The notes under the pieces were generated by a model. The model searched no databases. It was given only the letters and a program-made list of their open reading frames with translations, and had not been told where the DNA came from. A stretch of 64,000 bases of DNA from Oscillospiraceae bacterium (GTDB lineage: Bacteria > Bacillota > Clostridia > Oscillospirales > CAG-382). The stretch covers positions 22,979 through 86,978 of the forward strand of contig SVTM01000006.1 of NCBI GenBank assembly GCA_015063785.1, read 5' to 3'. Positions 41,369 through 50,966 of the stretch are shown piece by piece. Each line of letters starts with the position of its first letter. Positions within the stretch are counted from its first letter, which is position 1. A program made the translations under genes and the position numbers.

Positions 41369-41413
41369 GGTTGGTATTTTAAGAAAGAAAAATTTTGTGA
41401 AAGATCAAAAATA

Positions 41414-43915
41414 TCAATAGCTTGCCTTCATAGTCTCAACCGCAAGCTTTGCCGCCTCTGCCTTAGTGATCTGTTCGCCTGGACGGAAGGTGTTTGTGCC
41501 CGCATCGCCGTCGATGATATCAAGACCGTATGCAATGGCAAGATATCCGACGTCGGCAGGATCAACCAGAGGATTGTCCGAAAAATCGGTGCGATAGATG
41601 TCAAGAGATGCAATCTTGTCATATCCGAGAGCGCCGATGATGATCTTTACGGCATCAATTCTTGTAAATTCGCCTTCTTCAGCTTCGCTGTTTTTGTAAT
41701 AGCCTGCATTTGAAAGAAGTGTTATAAAATCTTCTGCCGAGACAAAAGAGTCGGGCTCAAATTTTTCTGCTCTTTCAACGATGCCGAGATCTGCGAGCAT
41801 GGTAATATATTCGTGTGCCCAATGTCCCGCAATGTCGGTAAATTCTCCGTCATATTCGTCAACAACAGGTTTTCCCGAATAGTTCACTCTTTCGCCGCGA
41901 AGCGCGCTGATGCGAACGCCCGAAAGATTTGTTTTGTAAACAAGGCGTGCGGTGGAGCTTCTGTCATAAAGCTCTGCAGCACTGTTGTAGAAGAATTCCA
42001 TATCAAAATCCTTCACACCAAAGAAGTCTGCCGCAAGCTCACAAAGTCCGTATTCGTCAGCCGCAAGGATGGCGTTTCTGACCTTCTTCACATCGATGCC
42101 GTCGGCATACTTTTTGATAATAGCCTCGTAGTCGGAATAATTTTCCTTAAGAGCCATAATAAAGGCGCGGAACTTTTCTTCGGGGGTCTCTGCCTTCATC
42201 TCGCGAAGGGTGTATACGTCGTATCTCTCGTAGTACTTGTGAAACTCCGCCTTTTCGCAATAGATTTTAAAGGCTTCTTGTTCGCTCATGGCATCAGAGG
42301 GGGATTCAAAAACAACGTCGTCCATCCACGAATAGCCGTAGGACGAGATCTTTCCTGTTACGGCGTCAACAGTACCGTAGATGCTGTTGTAAGTAAAGTC
42401 GATGCCCTCGTTGACACGGACGTAGTGTACACCGTATGCGCCGTAGATGGGGGTGCGGACAGCTTCGTCGCCTGTAAGGTCGGTGTGATACTTGATAACG
42501 TTGGTCTCGTATCCGCTTTGCTTTCTGGTCTTTTCAAACTTTTCAGGAATCTGAGATTTTGCAAAATCTTCAAAGATCTTTTCGCTCTGTTCCTGAGTAA
42601 ACTTCTTTTCGGGGACAGGAAGCTCGTTCTGCTCGTAGTAATAGTTTCCGCGAAGCGACGAGTTGAAGGAGATTATCTCGCCTGTCTTTGCATCGACCTG
42701 AGCGTTTGCATAAGAATAGTCATATTTTTCGCCGCCCATGGGGTTGGAAAAATTGATGTTCCAAACGTAATTTTCGTTCTTTTCTTCTTTTGTCGCGTAA
42801 TAGTTGTACGATCTCGAAAGGTCAGCGCTGATGGCGGTGAGGTTCATATCGAGATAAAGCTTGTCGTTTTCTGTTATCTTGGCGATCGCCTGATCCTTGG
42901 AGATAAGACCTTTGAGCACTTCAAGCTGTGCAAGCTCTTCTTCGGTCAGTCTGTATCCGCCCTCTTCAGATTCTGCTGCATCTTCTGTTACCATGTCCTT
43001 CATGGCAGCATTAAGCGATCCGCTTGCACCGCCCACAGTCTGCCAGGTAGTGCGCTCGTCATAAAGCTCGCCTGTTACGGCGTCAACAGAAAGATACGAC
43101 TCGGAAGGGGAGTATACAAGAACTGCCTTGTTTGTGATCTTGTCGTTTTCGTCTCTTTCGCGAAGAAGGGTGTATGAAAGAATCATCTTCTGCTTTGTGC
43201 CAAGGATCTCTGCCGCCTTTTCGGGGGTGATAACAACGTCGGCACTCTTTATAGCAATGCCGTGGTCATACTGAATGTTGCAGTATGTCACCTTGCCCGT
43301 TACATAATCAATGCGGACGGAAGCCGTGTTTTCGGGATAGTCAATACCATTTTCAACGCGCTTGAAATTGTAGGTGTAAAATCTCGAAAATCTGCCGTAG
43401 GCATCATTTGCCGATGTAAACACAAGATTTGCCTCGGGGGCGATCTTCTTTACAAAATCCTTTGCAGTGTCCACAAGCTCGTTTTTGGAATAAACGGGCA
43501 AAGCCGAAATTCCGTCATCGTCCGAGTAGATATTAAAGCTTTCGATCTCGCCGTTTTTGCCACACATGATCGAAGCGTGACCGTAAACTTCTGCATCGTA
43601 GGGAGTCGACCAGCGCAAAGTCCAATATGGGTCGCTGTGCTGGCTTCCGCCGTAATAATCCCATTCGAACTCGGTGTATTCCGCAGGAATATCAAACTTG
43701 GGCTTTGTTGCTTTTATAACCGCCTCAAGCTCAGCCGTTGTGGGCTGTTCGTTGTCAGATGTGCCGTAATATCCAAAATTCCCAACAACAATCTCCTCTT
43801 CGACGGGGACGGGCATAACCGCTGTGGTTACCGCCTCGGATGAAGCAAATACAGCCGTCTGGGACGCAAGAAGAAGGGCGCAACCTGCTGCCGCGATTCT
43901 CTTTTTTGTGTTCAT
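41414..43915 (-). CDS. secreted SLH-domain cell-wall protein with repeated PepSY-like modules (tentative)
   Basis: Signal MNTKKRIAAAGCALLLASQTAVFA. Recurring ..VDA.TGE(I/L).S(F/Y) units. C-terminal SLH motifs FTDIAGHWAHEYITMLADLGIV and YLAIAYGLDIIDGDAGTNTFRPGEQITKAEAAKLAV. Confidence 0.7.
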   Translation of the reverse strand: MNTKKRIAAAGCALLLASQTAVFASSEAVTTAVMPVPVEEEIVVGNFGYYGTSDNEQPTTAELEAVIKATKPKFDIPAEYTEFEWDYYGGSQHSDPYWTLRWSTPYDAEVYGHASIMCGKNGEIESFNIYSDDDGISALPVYSKNELVDTAKDFVKKIAPEANLVFTSANDAYGRFSRFYTYNFKRVENGIDYPENTASVRIDYVTGKVTYCNIQYDHGIAIKSADVVITPEKAAEILGTKQKMILSYTLLRERDENDKITNKAVLVYSPSESYLSVDAVTGELYDERTTWQTVGGASGSLNAAMKDMVTEDAAESEEGGYRLTEEELAQLEVLKGLISKDQAIAKITENDKLYLDMNLTAISADLSRSYNYYATKEEKNENYVWNINFSNPMGGEKYDYSYANAQVDAKTGEIISFNSSLRGNYYYEQNELPVPEKKFTQEQSEKIFEDFAKSQIPEKFEKTRKQSGYETNVIKYHTDLTGDEAVRTPIYGAYGVHYVRVNEGIDFTYNSIYGTVDAVTGKISSYGYSWMDDVVFESPSDAMSEQEAFKIYCEKAEFHKYYERYDVYTLREMKAETPEEKFRAFIMALKENYSDYEAIIKKYADGIDVKKVRNAILAADEYGLCELAADFFGVKDFDMEFFYNSAAELYDRSSTARLVYKTNLSGVRISALRGERVNYSGKPVVDEYDGEFTDIAGHWAHEYITMLADLGIVERAEKFEPDSFVSAEDFITLLSNAGYYKNSEAEEGEFTRIDAVKIIIGALGYDKIASLDIYRTDFSDNPLVDPADVGYLAIAYGLDIIDGDAGTNTFRPGEQITKAEAAKLAVETMKASY

Positions 43916-44078
43916 TTTTATAACCTCGCTTTCGGTTGTGATATGTGTTTGACGCACGCCTTCGGAAAAAGTTCCATTATTTTTAAAAATTTTTCATCAC
44001 AGGCAAAAAAACGGACAGATATCAGAAAAAATCCTGTTTTTTGCGCCTGCCACGCAATAAAAACTTAACCGTACAGTT

Positions 44079-44107
44079 ATTATAATTTATTTGTACCCTT
44101 TTGTCAC
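44079..44107 (-). promoter_or_regulatory. sigma-A promoter for the 41414-43915 gene
   Basis: On the minus strand: GTGACA (44102-44107), 17-nt spacer, TATAAT (44079-44084). Leaves a ~155-nt 5' UTR. Confidence 0.55.
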
Positions 44108-44174
44108 TTGGCATAGTGTACAAATATGTGTCTTGATGTTTGGCGGTTTTGCCGCCACTTCGAAATCAAGAGCA

Positions 44175-44210
44175 CAAAAAATCGGAAACCCGAAGGTTTC
44201 CGATTTTTGT
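44175..44210. terminator. rho-independent terminator after the giant gene (bidirectional shape)
   Basis: ATCGGAAACC-CGAA-GGTTTCCGAT (44181-44204), flanked by AAAAA and TTTTTG. Confidence 0.85.
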
Positions 44211-44221
44211 TGTGCTGAAAA

Positions 44222-47200
44222 TTACTTAACAGTGATCTTCAATGCATGACCGCCGTCATAAGGAGTACCTGCAATTACAATCTGAGGAATAACAGTTGCT
44301 TCGCCGGTGGCTGTCTTTGCAAGGATTTCTGTGTAGTACCACGAGTGCTTGTGTCCACAGAACGCACCCTTGATGATATCGCCGTTGTTTACGATGAGAT
44401 CATAAACTGTCTTGGAAGCGCCGCTGGTGCTTGAATTTCCGATGTAATTGTTGTAGAAGTCGTAGTTATAACCATCTCTTCTCATGATAGGATAGATGTT
44501 CGTATCCTTCGAGTTTCCTGTTGCAAGAGGAATGTGGTAGAAGAGGAATACATCGTAACCATTCTCGCGAGCCTTTTCGAGGTCAGCCTTGAAAGGTTCA
44601 ACCTGGCTTTCCCAGAAGCAGGAATTACTGTTATCGATCTGGACGATCATAAGTCTGTCGTCGATAACTCTGGATTCGTAGAAGATGTCATGATCCCAGT
44701 TGTCCTGAAGAATTTCCTGTCTCGACTCAAGGGTGGTCGGGTCGGGAGTTGCGGGGTTGTCCTGGCAACGTCTTGTGATTTCGTGATTACCGAGAGTGAT
44801 CATTGCATTGGGATACGGATCCCAAATGTACTTGTCGGTAAGTTCCATAGCACCCAGCGACATATAGTCAAGAACGTCGCCTGTGATCATCATTGCATCG
44901 CCCTGGCTTGCAAATTCAAGCGCTCTTACGGCGTTGGGAACAGACGAGCCGTTCTTGTTCCATGTTCTGCCGTTGTATGTTGCCATGATAGAGGGGTTAG
45001 CTTCTTCAAAGTCAGCTGCGTTACAATAGTTGAAATGGAGGTCGGAAAGCTGGAAGATCTCGATGGGATCAACGTTTTCTCTGCCTGTTTCGATGGTAAC
45101 TTCACCAATAACAAGTCCGCCGCCGGCGCCGTTAAGCTGATAGAAGTCTGTGAAGAGAGGATACTTGGAAATGTCAACAGGAGCTACAAGATTTGCATCC
45201 TTGTATCCATTCTGAGGAATAACCCTGGTATTTTCAGGGTTGTCAAGAGAGTACTTGTTCTTAACTCTGAGCTTTTCTGTTGCAATAAGCGATTCGCAGT
45301 ATTCTCTGTCTTCAGCCGCAACATTTTCGTCCTTGGCTGCCATTTCGGCAACGTTAACGAGGTTTGTTGCATAGTAGTCTGTGTAGAGAACGTTCTGTGC
45401 GCCGTGGAGGTCTTCATAAATAATGTATCCGCGAACAGAGAACATACCTGCATAGTTGGTGTCAGCAATGTTTGTTACACAAACTGTGTACTGTTCGAAG
45501 CCATCGCCTTCTGCAAAGATCTTTTCTGCGGGAACCTTCATTGCGCTAAAGGTCTTGCCGCCATAGGTGTATGTCTTGTCAATGGCAACAAAGTCCTTGC
45601 CAACTGCAAGAGAAGGAGCGATAACCGAACCGTATTCAACGATGTTGAGTGCGTCGGAGGCGTCTGTTCTTCTTACAACGAATCTAAGGCCTTCGCCGAG
45701 CTGCTTTGCAGCGCTTGCAAGTCTGATCTGTGCACCTTCGATATAGAAGTCGGTGTCAAGATCAAAATCAATGTACTGAGCAAAGAGTTCTTCGCCTTCT
45801 GTAAAGTTGTCGTCAGCAGGAACTGTTCCGTCCTCTTCTGTCCAGCCCACAAAGAGCTTGCCTTCAAGCTTGGAGTGAGGAACTGTTGCAAGGTCAAGAG
45901 CAAAGTCCTTATAGAACTTGATCTTTGTGCCTTCGTTTGTATAGTAAACTTCGTCTTCGAAGGTTACTGTGTAGGTATCTGCAGGAACTGTGAGAAGTCC
46001 GTCTGCAGAGATAAACTGCTTGCCATCCTTGGAAACTGCAAGAGCTGTCTTGCCACCGTGAACTGCGAATGTGCCGGCAACGTCTGTTACGTCGAGGTAG
46101 CAACCTTCAAGAGCTTCTGCCGAAAGAACGTAAAGACCGTGGTTACCGTTGATGGGGAATTCGGGAAGTGCGGGAAGAGCTGTGCCGTTGTTTGCAATGA
46201 TCTGAACGTCAGCTTCAAATGCGCTTCCGTATCTGCTGTCGAGGCCTGCCGTGAACGAACCGCCGTTCTGGATAACGCTTACTGTGTCTGTATATACAAA
46301 GCCATACTGCTGGCCGAGCTTAAGCCATCCGTCAGCCGCAAATGCAAGATCTGCCTTGCCGCCTTCGTTGATGACGATGCGAGCACCTGCAACAGTGCGT
46401 GTTTCGGAGTTGTAGTAGGAACCTACATACATAGCGCCAATGGGAGAATTGATCTCAATTTCCTGCTTGGGGCTGTTCTGGTTGTAAGAACCTGCGTGGA
46501 AGTTAAAGCCTGCGTTTGCCGACGAAATGGTATGTGTTACGTTTTCGCCGATGATAAGCTTGTGGCTGTTTGTTTCAATAAACTTGTAGTCAATAGCAAC
46601 ATCGATGTTGATGTTGGAAATGGTGAGAGGACCGCCTGTAGTAACGTTGTCCTTCTTCATGACGATGTTGGATTCACCCGAACCGTCGCCTGTAACGATG
46701 ATCATTTCGCTATGGTTGGGGAAGGATGTACCAATATCATACTCGCCGATGACAACAGCCTTCTTTGCTGTTTCTTCCTTATCTGCAAGAAGAGCAAATG
46801 CCTTGTCAAGAGTCTTTACGGGAGCATCCTTTGTAAGGCCGTCGTTGGTATCAAGACCGTCCACTGCGTCAACCCAGATAGCAACCGAATCTTCAAACAT
46901 TTCCCATCTCGAGAAGAGGTCAAAGTCGCACATTTCATCGGGAAGAGTAACATAGTCGCCTGCAACGAATTCGTTGCCGTCAGCATCTTCCCAACCGATG
47001 AATCTGTCAACGGGAGTATCGCCGAGTTCGGGAAGGAGAACCTTCGAACCTGCGGGGAATGTGCCGTAGAAGTCGTAGTCGGTATAAACATCAACTGTTA
47101 CAACAGAATCTGTGTATGTAACTGTGTATTTGCCTTCGGGAAGTGTGAGGAATCCATCGTCACCGGAAAGGAAGCTTACACCATTTTCGTTTGTTGCAAG

Positions 47201-50200
47201 AGCAACCTTGCCGCCTACAACTTCGAATGTGCCGGCTTCTTCTGTGGGTTCAAGGTAAGAACCTTCAAGAGCTTCAGAGCTGAGGATCCATGTCTTGTCT
47301 GCGTTTACGCAAGAGGGAATTTCGGGAGCCTGCATGCCGTTGTTTGCAATAACTGCAAGACCGTTCTTTATTGTAAGTGTTGCGCCCTTGCCTGCATCTG
47401 CGCTCTTGGGAGTACCGTTGTTGATAACGAGTGCAAGACCGTTGTTAAAGGTAGCATTGCTTCTTGCCCATACGATATTACCTGTGAATTTCTCGTTGTC
47501 AATATAAACCTTAACGTTGTCTGTAAAGGTTGGTGACCATGTACCCGCGATCTCAAGACCGTATGTGGTGCTTGTTGTGGTCATGGCAGAGTTGATGCGA
47601 ACTGTGCCGCCTGCAAGTGTGCTTGCCTTAGGACCGCCAAGCTGTACTCTTTCGTGACCTGCCAAAACACCGTCAAATCCGCTTGAATTGCCGGAGTGGT
47701 CAGCGTTCTGATACTTGAAGAGACAGTCTGTAATAGTTAAGTCGTTACCTGCAGCAAAGAGCTCGCGGTCATACTTTCTGTTTGTAAGAATGGTGAGGTT
47801 TTCAAATACTGTAGGACCTGCGAGAGTGAAGTTGGTGTTCTGGCCGAGAACAGGATGCTGTGCGATGAAGGTTTCTTCAGCCGCATAAGGCTTAAGAACG
47901 ATGGTTGCGGTATGAGCAGGAACGCTTCCGCCGTTGGGAGCCCAGTATGCAAAGTTGCCGTTTACTGTGCTGGTCTTGCCCACATCCTTGCCTTCGATAT
48001 CGTTACCGTCTATGTCATACATATAGAAAGGCTTTGTTCCGCCTGCGGGAACGTCACCGTTCATGATGTAAATGATAACTTCGTCGCCTTCTTTGTAGCC
48101 GACTGTGTTAAGCTTTTCAACCGCTGCATAAACCGAGCCTACGGGAGATTCGGCAGAAGTACCGTCGCCTGTTGCGCCGGGTTTTACGTAGAATGCAGCT
48201 TCTGTTTCGCCTGTTGCAGCCTTAAGCTTTGCAGTGATCTTGCCGGGAACAGATGTATCCCAACCTGCAAATTCCCAGTTTACTGTAAGGGTAGGTTCTT
48301 TTGCGTTTGCAACGATTTCGTCAACGCTTGCTGCGGTCAATACTTCGTATGTGCCGGCAGCAACTGCAAGAGTTTCGTCGCCATAGTAGATTGTTCTGCC
48401 GTCTGCAGAAGTAGCGTATACGAGAGCAGCTTCTGTATCAACGGTAAAATTACCTGCAGTTTCTGTAACGTCAAGAGCTACGCCCTCGCCCGAAGTGAGG
48501 TAGTAGGTTCTGTCAAGAAGGTTTTCATCGGGAACGTATGCCTTGATTTCGCCGCCGTTGTTGATGATCTGGATAGCTCCGTCAACAGTCATGCCCTTGG
48601 AGTCGGATCTTGAGATTTCAACCTTGTCAACGGTTGTGCCGTTGAATACTATGTTGGCGTTCTTCTTGAAGCAGGCAGTGCCCTTCATGTTGTTTACTCT
48701 GATAAGAGGAAGCGAACCTTCGCCAAGCTTGTAAGTGAGGTCCTCGTTAAAGGTCATTGCTGCGCTTTCGTGATAACCGGCAAGGCTGAGGCCATTGCCG
48801 TTACCAAACTGTACGCCGCTTTCAAGCTCAATAACACCTGCTGTTGTAAAGGTCTTGCCGGCTCTCGAACCGCCGTGAACAGCAGTCTGTGTCTTTGCAC
48901 CCTTAAGGTTAAGAGTTGTTCCGTCGGAGGTAGGAGAATACCATTCGATATCGGAGCAGATCTTAAGATCGTGAGCGTTTGCATAGAAGTCGGAATGCCA
49001 GTTGTTTCTGGGGTCGAGGAGCTTAACCTTTGTGATGGTGATAGGACCGGAAAGCTCAACGTTACCGCTGTTGTTTTCGGTGTTGTTCAGCGAGTAGTTG
49101 TTTACCTGAGTAAGCCACGAGTAGTCGTTTTCATCAGCAGATGTAAGGATAAGCATTGCTTCGTGTGCAGGAATTTCCATGATAGAAGCAAGGCTGATCT
49201 TCGTGATGTCTGTGTAAGTATCTGCTTCGTTTGCAGCCTTTACAATCTTGATAACAACTTCGTCGCCTGCGCCGTAGGTGCTGTTGATCATAGGAACAAC
49301 AGTTGCAAACGAGCCGGGAGCTTCAATAGAAGTACCTGCGCCTGTTGCGCCCTGCTGAACGTAGAATGTGGGCTTTGCATCGGTGTAGGTGTAGTCGGCA
49401 GTAAGCTTACCTGCGCCATCATCGATCCAGCCGTTGAAAATGTTTGCCGCATCCTCAAAAGGAGCAACAGCAGCCTTAACTGCATCAAGGTCGTCTGCAA
49501 CGTTAACTGTGTATGTACCCTTGGGAATAGAAAGGTCTGCATCGCCGTAATAGATGGTCTTGCGATCTTCTGCCACTGCATATGCCACCTTGTCTGTCTC
49601 AACTGCAAATGTGCCGACTGTGTCTGTAACATCAAGAGTTACGCCATCAGCCGCAGTAAGAATCCAGACGTTTCCTTCGATCACTGCGTTGTTTGTGCCG
49701 ATTGTCGAGCCGTTGTTAAGGAGGATCTGAAGATTTTCAACTGTTGTGGTATAACCCGAATAGTTGGTCAATTTTCCGATCTCTGTGTTGTTGCAAACAA
49801 GGCTGATAGAACCGTTGTGCACAGAGTTTGCCTTGCCGTTATGGCCTGCGATAAGGCCGAGCACGCTGGTCTTTTCGTCGTTACCGATTCTGATAACTGC
49901 ATCACCGGACTTTGTGCCTGCAGACGAGAAGCTGAGGTCGGTAAACTTTGCGTAGTCGAGAATAGTCTCGTTGTTGGCATCAGCTGCAGGAGAATACTTG
50001 CCGCTTGAGTGGTTGCCCGAATAGAAGTGGTTGTTCCAGGGGGCGTTTGTGTAGCCGCACTTGTTGGCATCCGGCTTGGATGTCCTTCTCCAATCAACGT
50101 TCTCGATGACAAGGTCGTGGTTCTGTCCGTAAAAATCCCATGCCGCGCCGTCCATGCGGAGGTCGATGATGTAGAGATCCTTGAATACGGAAGGACCGGG

Positions 50201-50689
50201 AACGTACATATGAGCAGAACCGTCGCGGTTGTTGCCCGACGAAACGGAGTTGCCGTTTGCAAGAATCATCTTGTTGTCTGCTTCTGCATCATAGTTGTAG
50301 GTTGTGTAGGTAATTGTTGCAGAGTGCGCAACGTTGGGAGCCTGGAACGAGATGAAACCGAGGCTTGTATCCTGAACAACAGGAGCATCGATTCCTTCTG
50401 TAGCTTTTGTAATATTAAGCTGTTCCTTTGTGGGCTCGTTTCCTGTGGGAACGAGATAAACTATGACGTTGTCTCCTGTGGTATGACCGTCAGCGTTGAT
50501 CGCGCCGATAACGCCGGCGATTGTGCCGATAGGAGAATCGTACGAACGGCCGTCACCTGTGCCGCCATACTTGACGTAATACTCGGTAACTGCTTCGCCT
50601 TCGCCTGCAACAACCGTAAAGGATGCCATAGAGAGGATCATGCAGAGTCCGAGCAATACGCTCAAAAACTTTGAAAATCTCTTTTTCAT
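44222..50689 (-). CDS. giant (2155 aa) secreted protein: four tandem ~400-aa beta-helix-type modules, a beta-sandwich region and a C-terminal calcineurin-like metallophosphoesterase
   Basis: Signal MKKRFSKFLSVLLGLCMILSMASFTVVAGEG. Module starts are YYVKYGGTGDGRSYDSP, FYVQQGATGAGTSIEAP, FYVKPGATGDGTSAESP and IWVDAVDGLDTNDGLTKDAP. Each module ends with a ...GTF.V...Y(T/E)V sandwich and an F.GW repeat. C-terminal phosphoesterase motifs are present. Confidence 0.85.
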   Translation of the reverse strand: MKKRFSKFLSVLLGLCMILSMASFTVVAGEGEAVTEYYVKYGGTGDGRSYDSPIGTIAGVIGAINADGHTTGDNVIVYLVPTGNEPTKEQLNITKATEGIDAPVVQDTSLGFISFQAPNVAHSATITYTTYNYDAEADNKMILANGNSVSSGNNRDGSAHMYVPGPSVFKDLYIIDLRMDGAAWDFYGQNHDLVIENVDWRRTSKPDANKCGYTNAPWNNHFYSGNHSSGKYSPAADANNETILDYAKFTDLSFSSAGTKSGDAVIRIGNDEKTSVLGLIAGHNGKANSVHNGSISLVCNNTEIGKLTNYSGYTTTVENLQILLNNGSTIGTNNAVIEGNVWILTAADGVTLDVTDTVGTFAVETDKVAYAVAEDRKTIYYGDADLSIPKGTYTVNVADDLDAVKAAVAPFEDAANIFNGWIDDGAGKLTADYTYTDAKPTFYVQQGATGAGTSIEAPGSFATVVPMINSTYGAGDEVVIKIVKAANEADTYTDITKISLASIMEIPAHEAMLILTSADENDYSWLTQVNNYSLNNTENNSGNVELSGPITITKVKLLDPRNNWHSDFYANAHDLKICSDIEWYSPTSDGTTLNLKGAKTQTAVHGGSRAGKTFTTAGVIELESGVQFGNGNGLSLAGYHESAAMTFNEDLTYKLGEGSLPLIRVNNMKGTACFKKNANIVFNGTTVDKVEISRSDSKGMTVDGAIQIINNGGEIKAYVPDENLLDRTYYLTSGEGVALDVTETAGNFTVDTEAALVYATSADGRTIYYGDETLAVAAGTYEVLTAASVDEIVANAKEPTLTVNWEFAGWDTSVPGKITAKLKAATGETEAAFYVKPGATGDGTSAESPVGSVYAAVEKLNTVGYKEGDEVIIYIMNGDVPAGGTKPFYMYDIDGNDIEGKDVGKTSTVNGNFAYWAPNGGSVPAHTATIVLKPYAAEETFIAQHPVLGQNTNFTLAGPTVFENLTILTNRKYDRELFAAGNDLTITDCLFKYQNADHSGNSSGFDGVLAGHERVQLGGPKASTLAGGTVRINSAMTTTSTTYGLEIAGTWSPTFTDNVKVYIDNEKFTGNIVWARSNATFNNGLALVINNGTPKSADAGKGATLTIKNGLAVIANNGMQAPEIPSCVNADKTWILSSEALEGSYLEPTEEAGTFEVVGGKVALATNENGVSFLSGDDGFLTLPEGKYTVTYTDSVVTVDVYTDYDFYGTFPAGSKVLLPELGDTPVDRFIGWEDADGNEFVAGDYVTLPDEMCDFDLFSRWEMFEDSVAIWVDAVDGLDTNDGLTKDAPVKTLDKAFALLADKEETAKKAVVIGEYDIGTSFPNHSEMIIVTGDGSGESNIVMKKDNVTTGGPLTISNINIDVAIDYKFIETNSHKLIIGENVTHTISSANAGFNFHAGSYNQNSPKQEIEINSPIGAMYVGSYYNSETRTVAGARIVINEGGKADLAFAADGWLKLGQQYGFVYTDTVSVIQNGGSFTAGLDSRYGSAFEADVQIIANNGTALPALPEFPINGNHGLYVLSAEALEGCYLDVTDVAGTFAVHGGKTALAVSKDGKQFISADGLLTVPADTYTVTFEDEVYYTNEGTKIKFYKDFALDLATVPHSKLEGKLFVGWTEEDGTVPADDNFTEGEELFAQYIDFDLDTDFYIEGAQIRLASAAKQLGEGLRFVVRRTDASDALNIVEYGSVIAPSLAVGKDFVAIDKTYTYGGKTFSAMKVPAEKIFAEGDGFEQYTVCVTNIADTNYAGMFSVRGYIIYEDLHGAQNVLYTDYYATNLVNVAEMAAKDENVAAEDREYCESLIATEKLRVKNKYSLDNPENTRVIPQNGYKDANLVAPVDISKYPLFTDFYQLNGAGGGLVIGEVTIETGRENVDPIEIFQLSDLHFNYCNAADFEEANPSIMATYNGRTWNKNGSSVPNAVRALEFASQGDAMMITGDVLDYMSLGAMELTDKYIWDPYPNAMITLGNHEITRRCQDNPATPDPTTLESRQEILQDNWDHDIFYESRVIDDRLMIVQIDNSNSCFWESQVEPFKADLEKARENGYDVFLFYHIPLATGNSKDTNIYPIMRRDGYNYDFYNNYIGNSSTSGASKTVYDLIVNNGDIIKGAFCGHKHSWYYTEILAKTATGEATVIPQIVIAGTPYDGGHALKITVK
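44225..45067 (-). other. metallophosphoesterase domain of the giant protein
   Basis: LSDLHF (DxH), ITGDVLDY (GD), LGNHE (GNHE), FLFYHIPL (H) and CGHKHS (GHxH) occur in canonical order. Confidence 0.8.
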
Positions 50690-50762
50690 AAGTTTTCTTC
50701 CTTTCCTGAAATATTAAATACTTGCATCCCAAACAGGTATAGGGACACTCATACTTATGTCC

Positions 50763-50791
50763 ATTATACCCATTCTGCCGCACGGTGTCAA
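50763..50791 (-). promoter_or_regulatory. perfect-consensus sigma-A promoter of the giant gene
   Basis: On the minus strand: TTGACA (50786-50791), 17-nt spacer, TATAAT (50763-50768). Confidence 0.7.
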
Positions 50792-50909
50792 CCAAAAACA
50801 AAACCGGCTCAAAAAAATCGGCGGTTTTAACAAAAATATATAATATTTATTGTAAAATAAAACCATCGTATGTAAGCATTTTTGTCGCAGATGCAAATCC
50901 TGCTACAGC

Positions 50910-50946
50910 AAAAAAACAAAAAGCGGACAGGATAAAACCTGTCCGC
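50910..50946 (-). terminator. rho-independent terminator of secG
   Basis: On the minus strand: GCGGACAGG...CCTGTCCGC stem (50923-50946) followed by TTTTTGTTTTTTT. Confidence 0.85.
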
Positions 50947-50966
50947 TCGTCGGATGTAAAAACAAA

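Noticed and set aside
44534-47536. 1000-aa ORF on the plus strand, the longest non-annotated ORF in the track.
   Set aside because: It is entirely antisense to the well-supported 2155-aa gene. Its composition is dominated by Cys/Val/Phe/Asn and shows no recognisable motifs. It has no RBS or promoter. This is the typical stop-poor shadow frame of a gene with biased codon usage.
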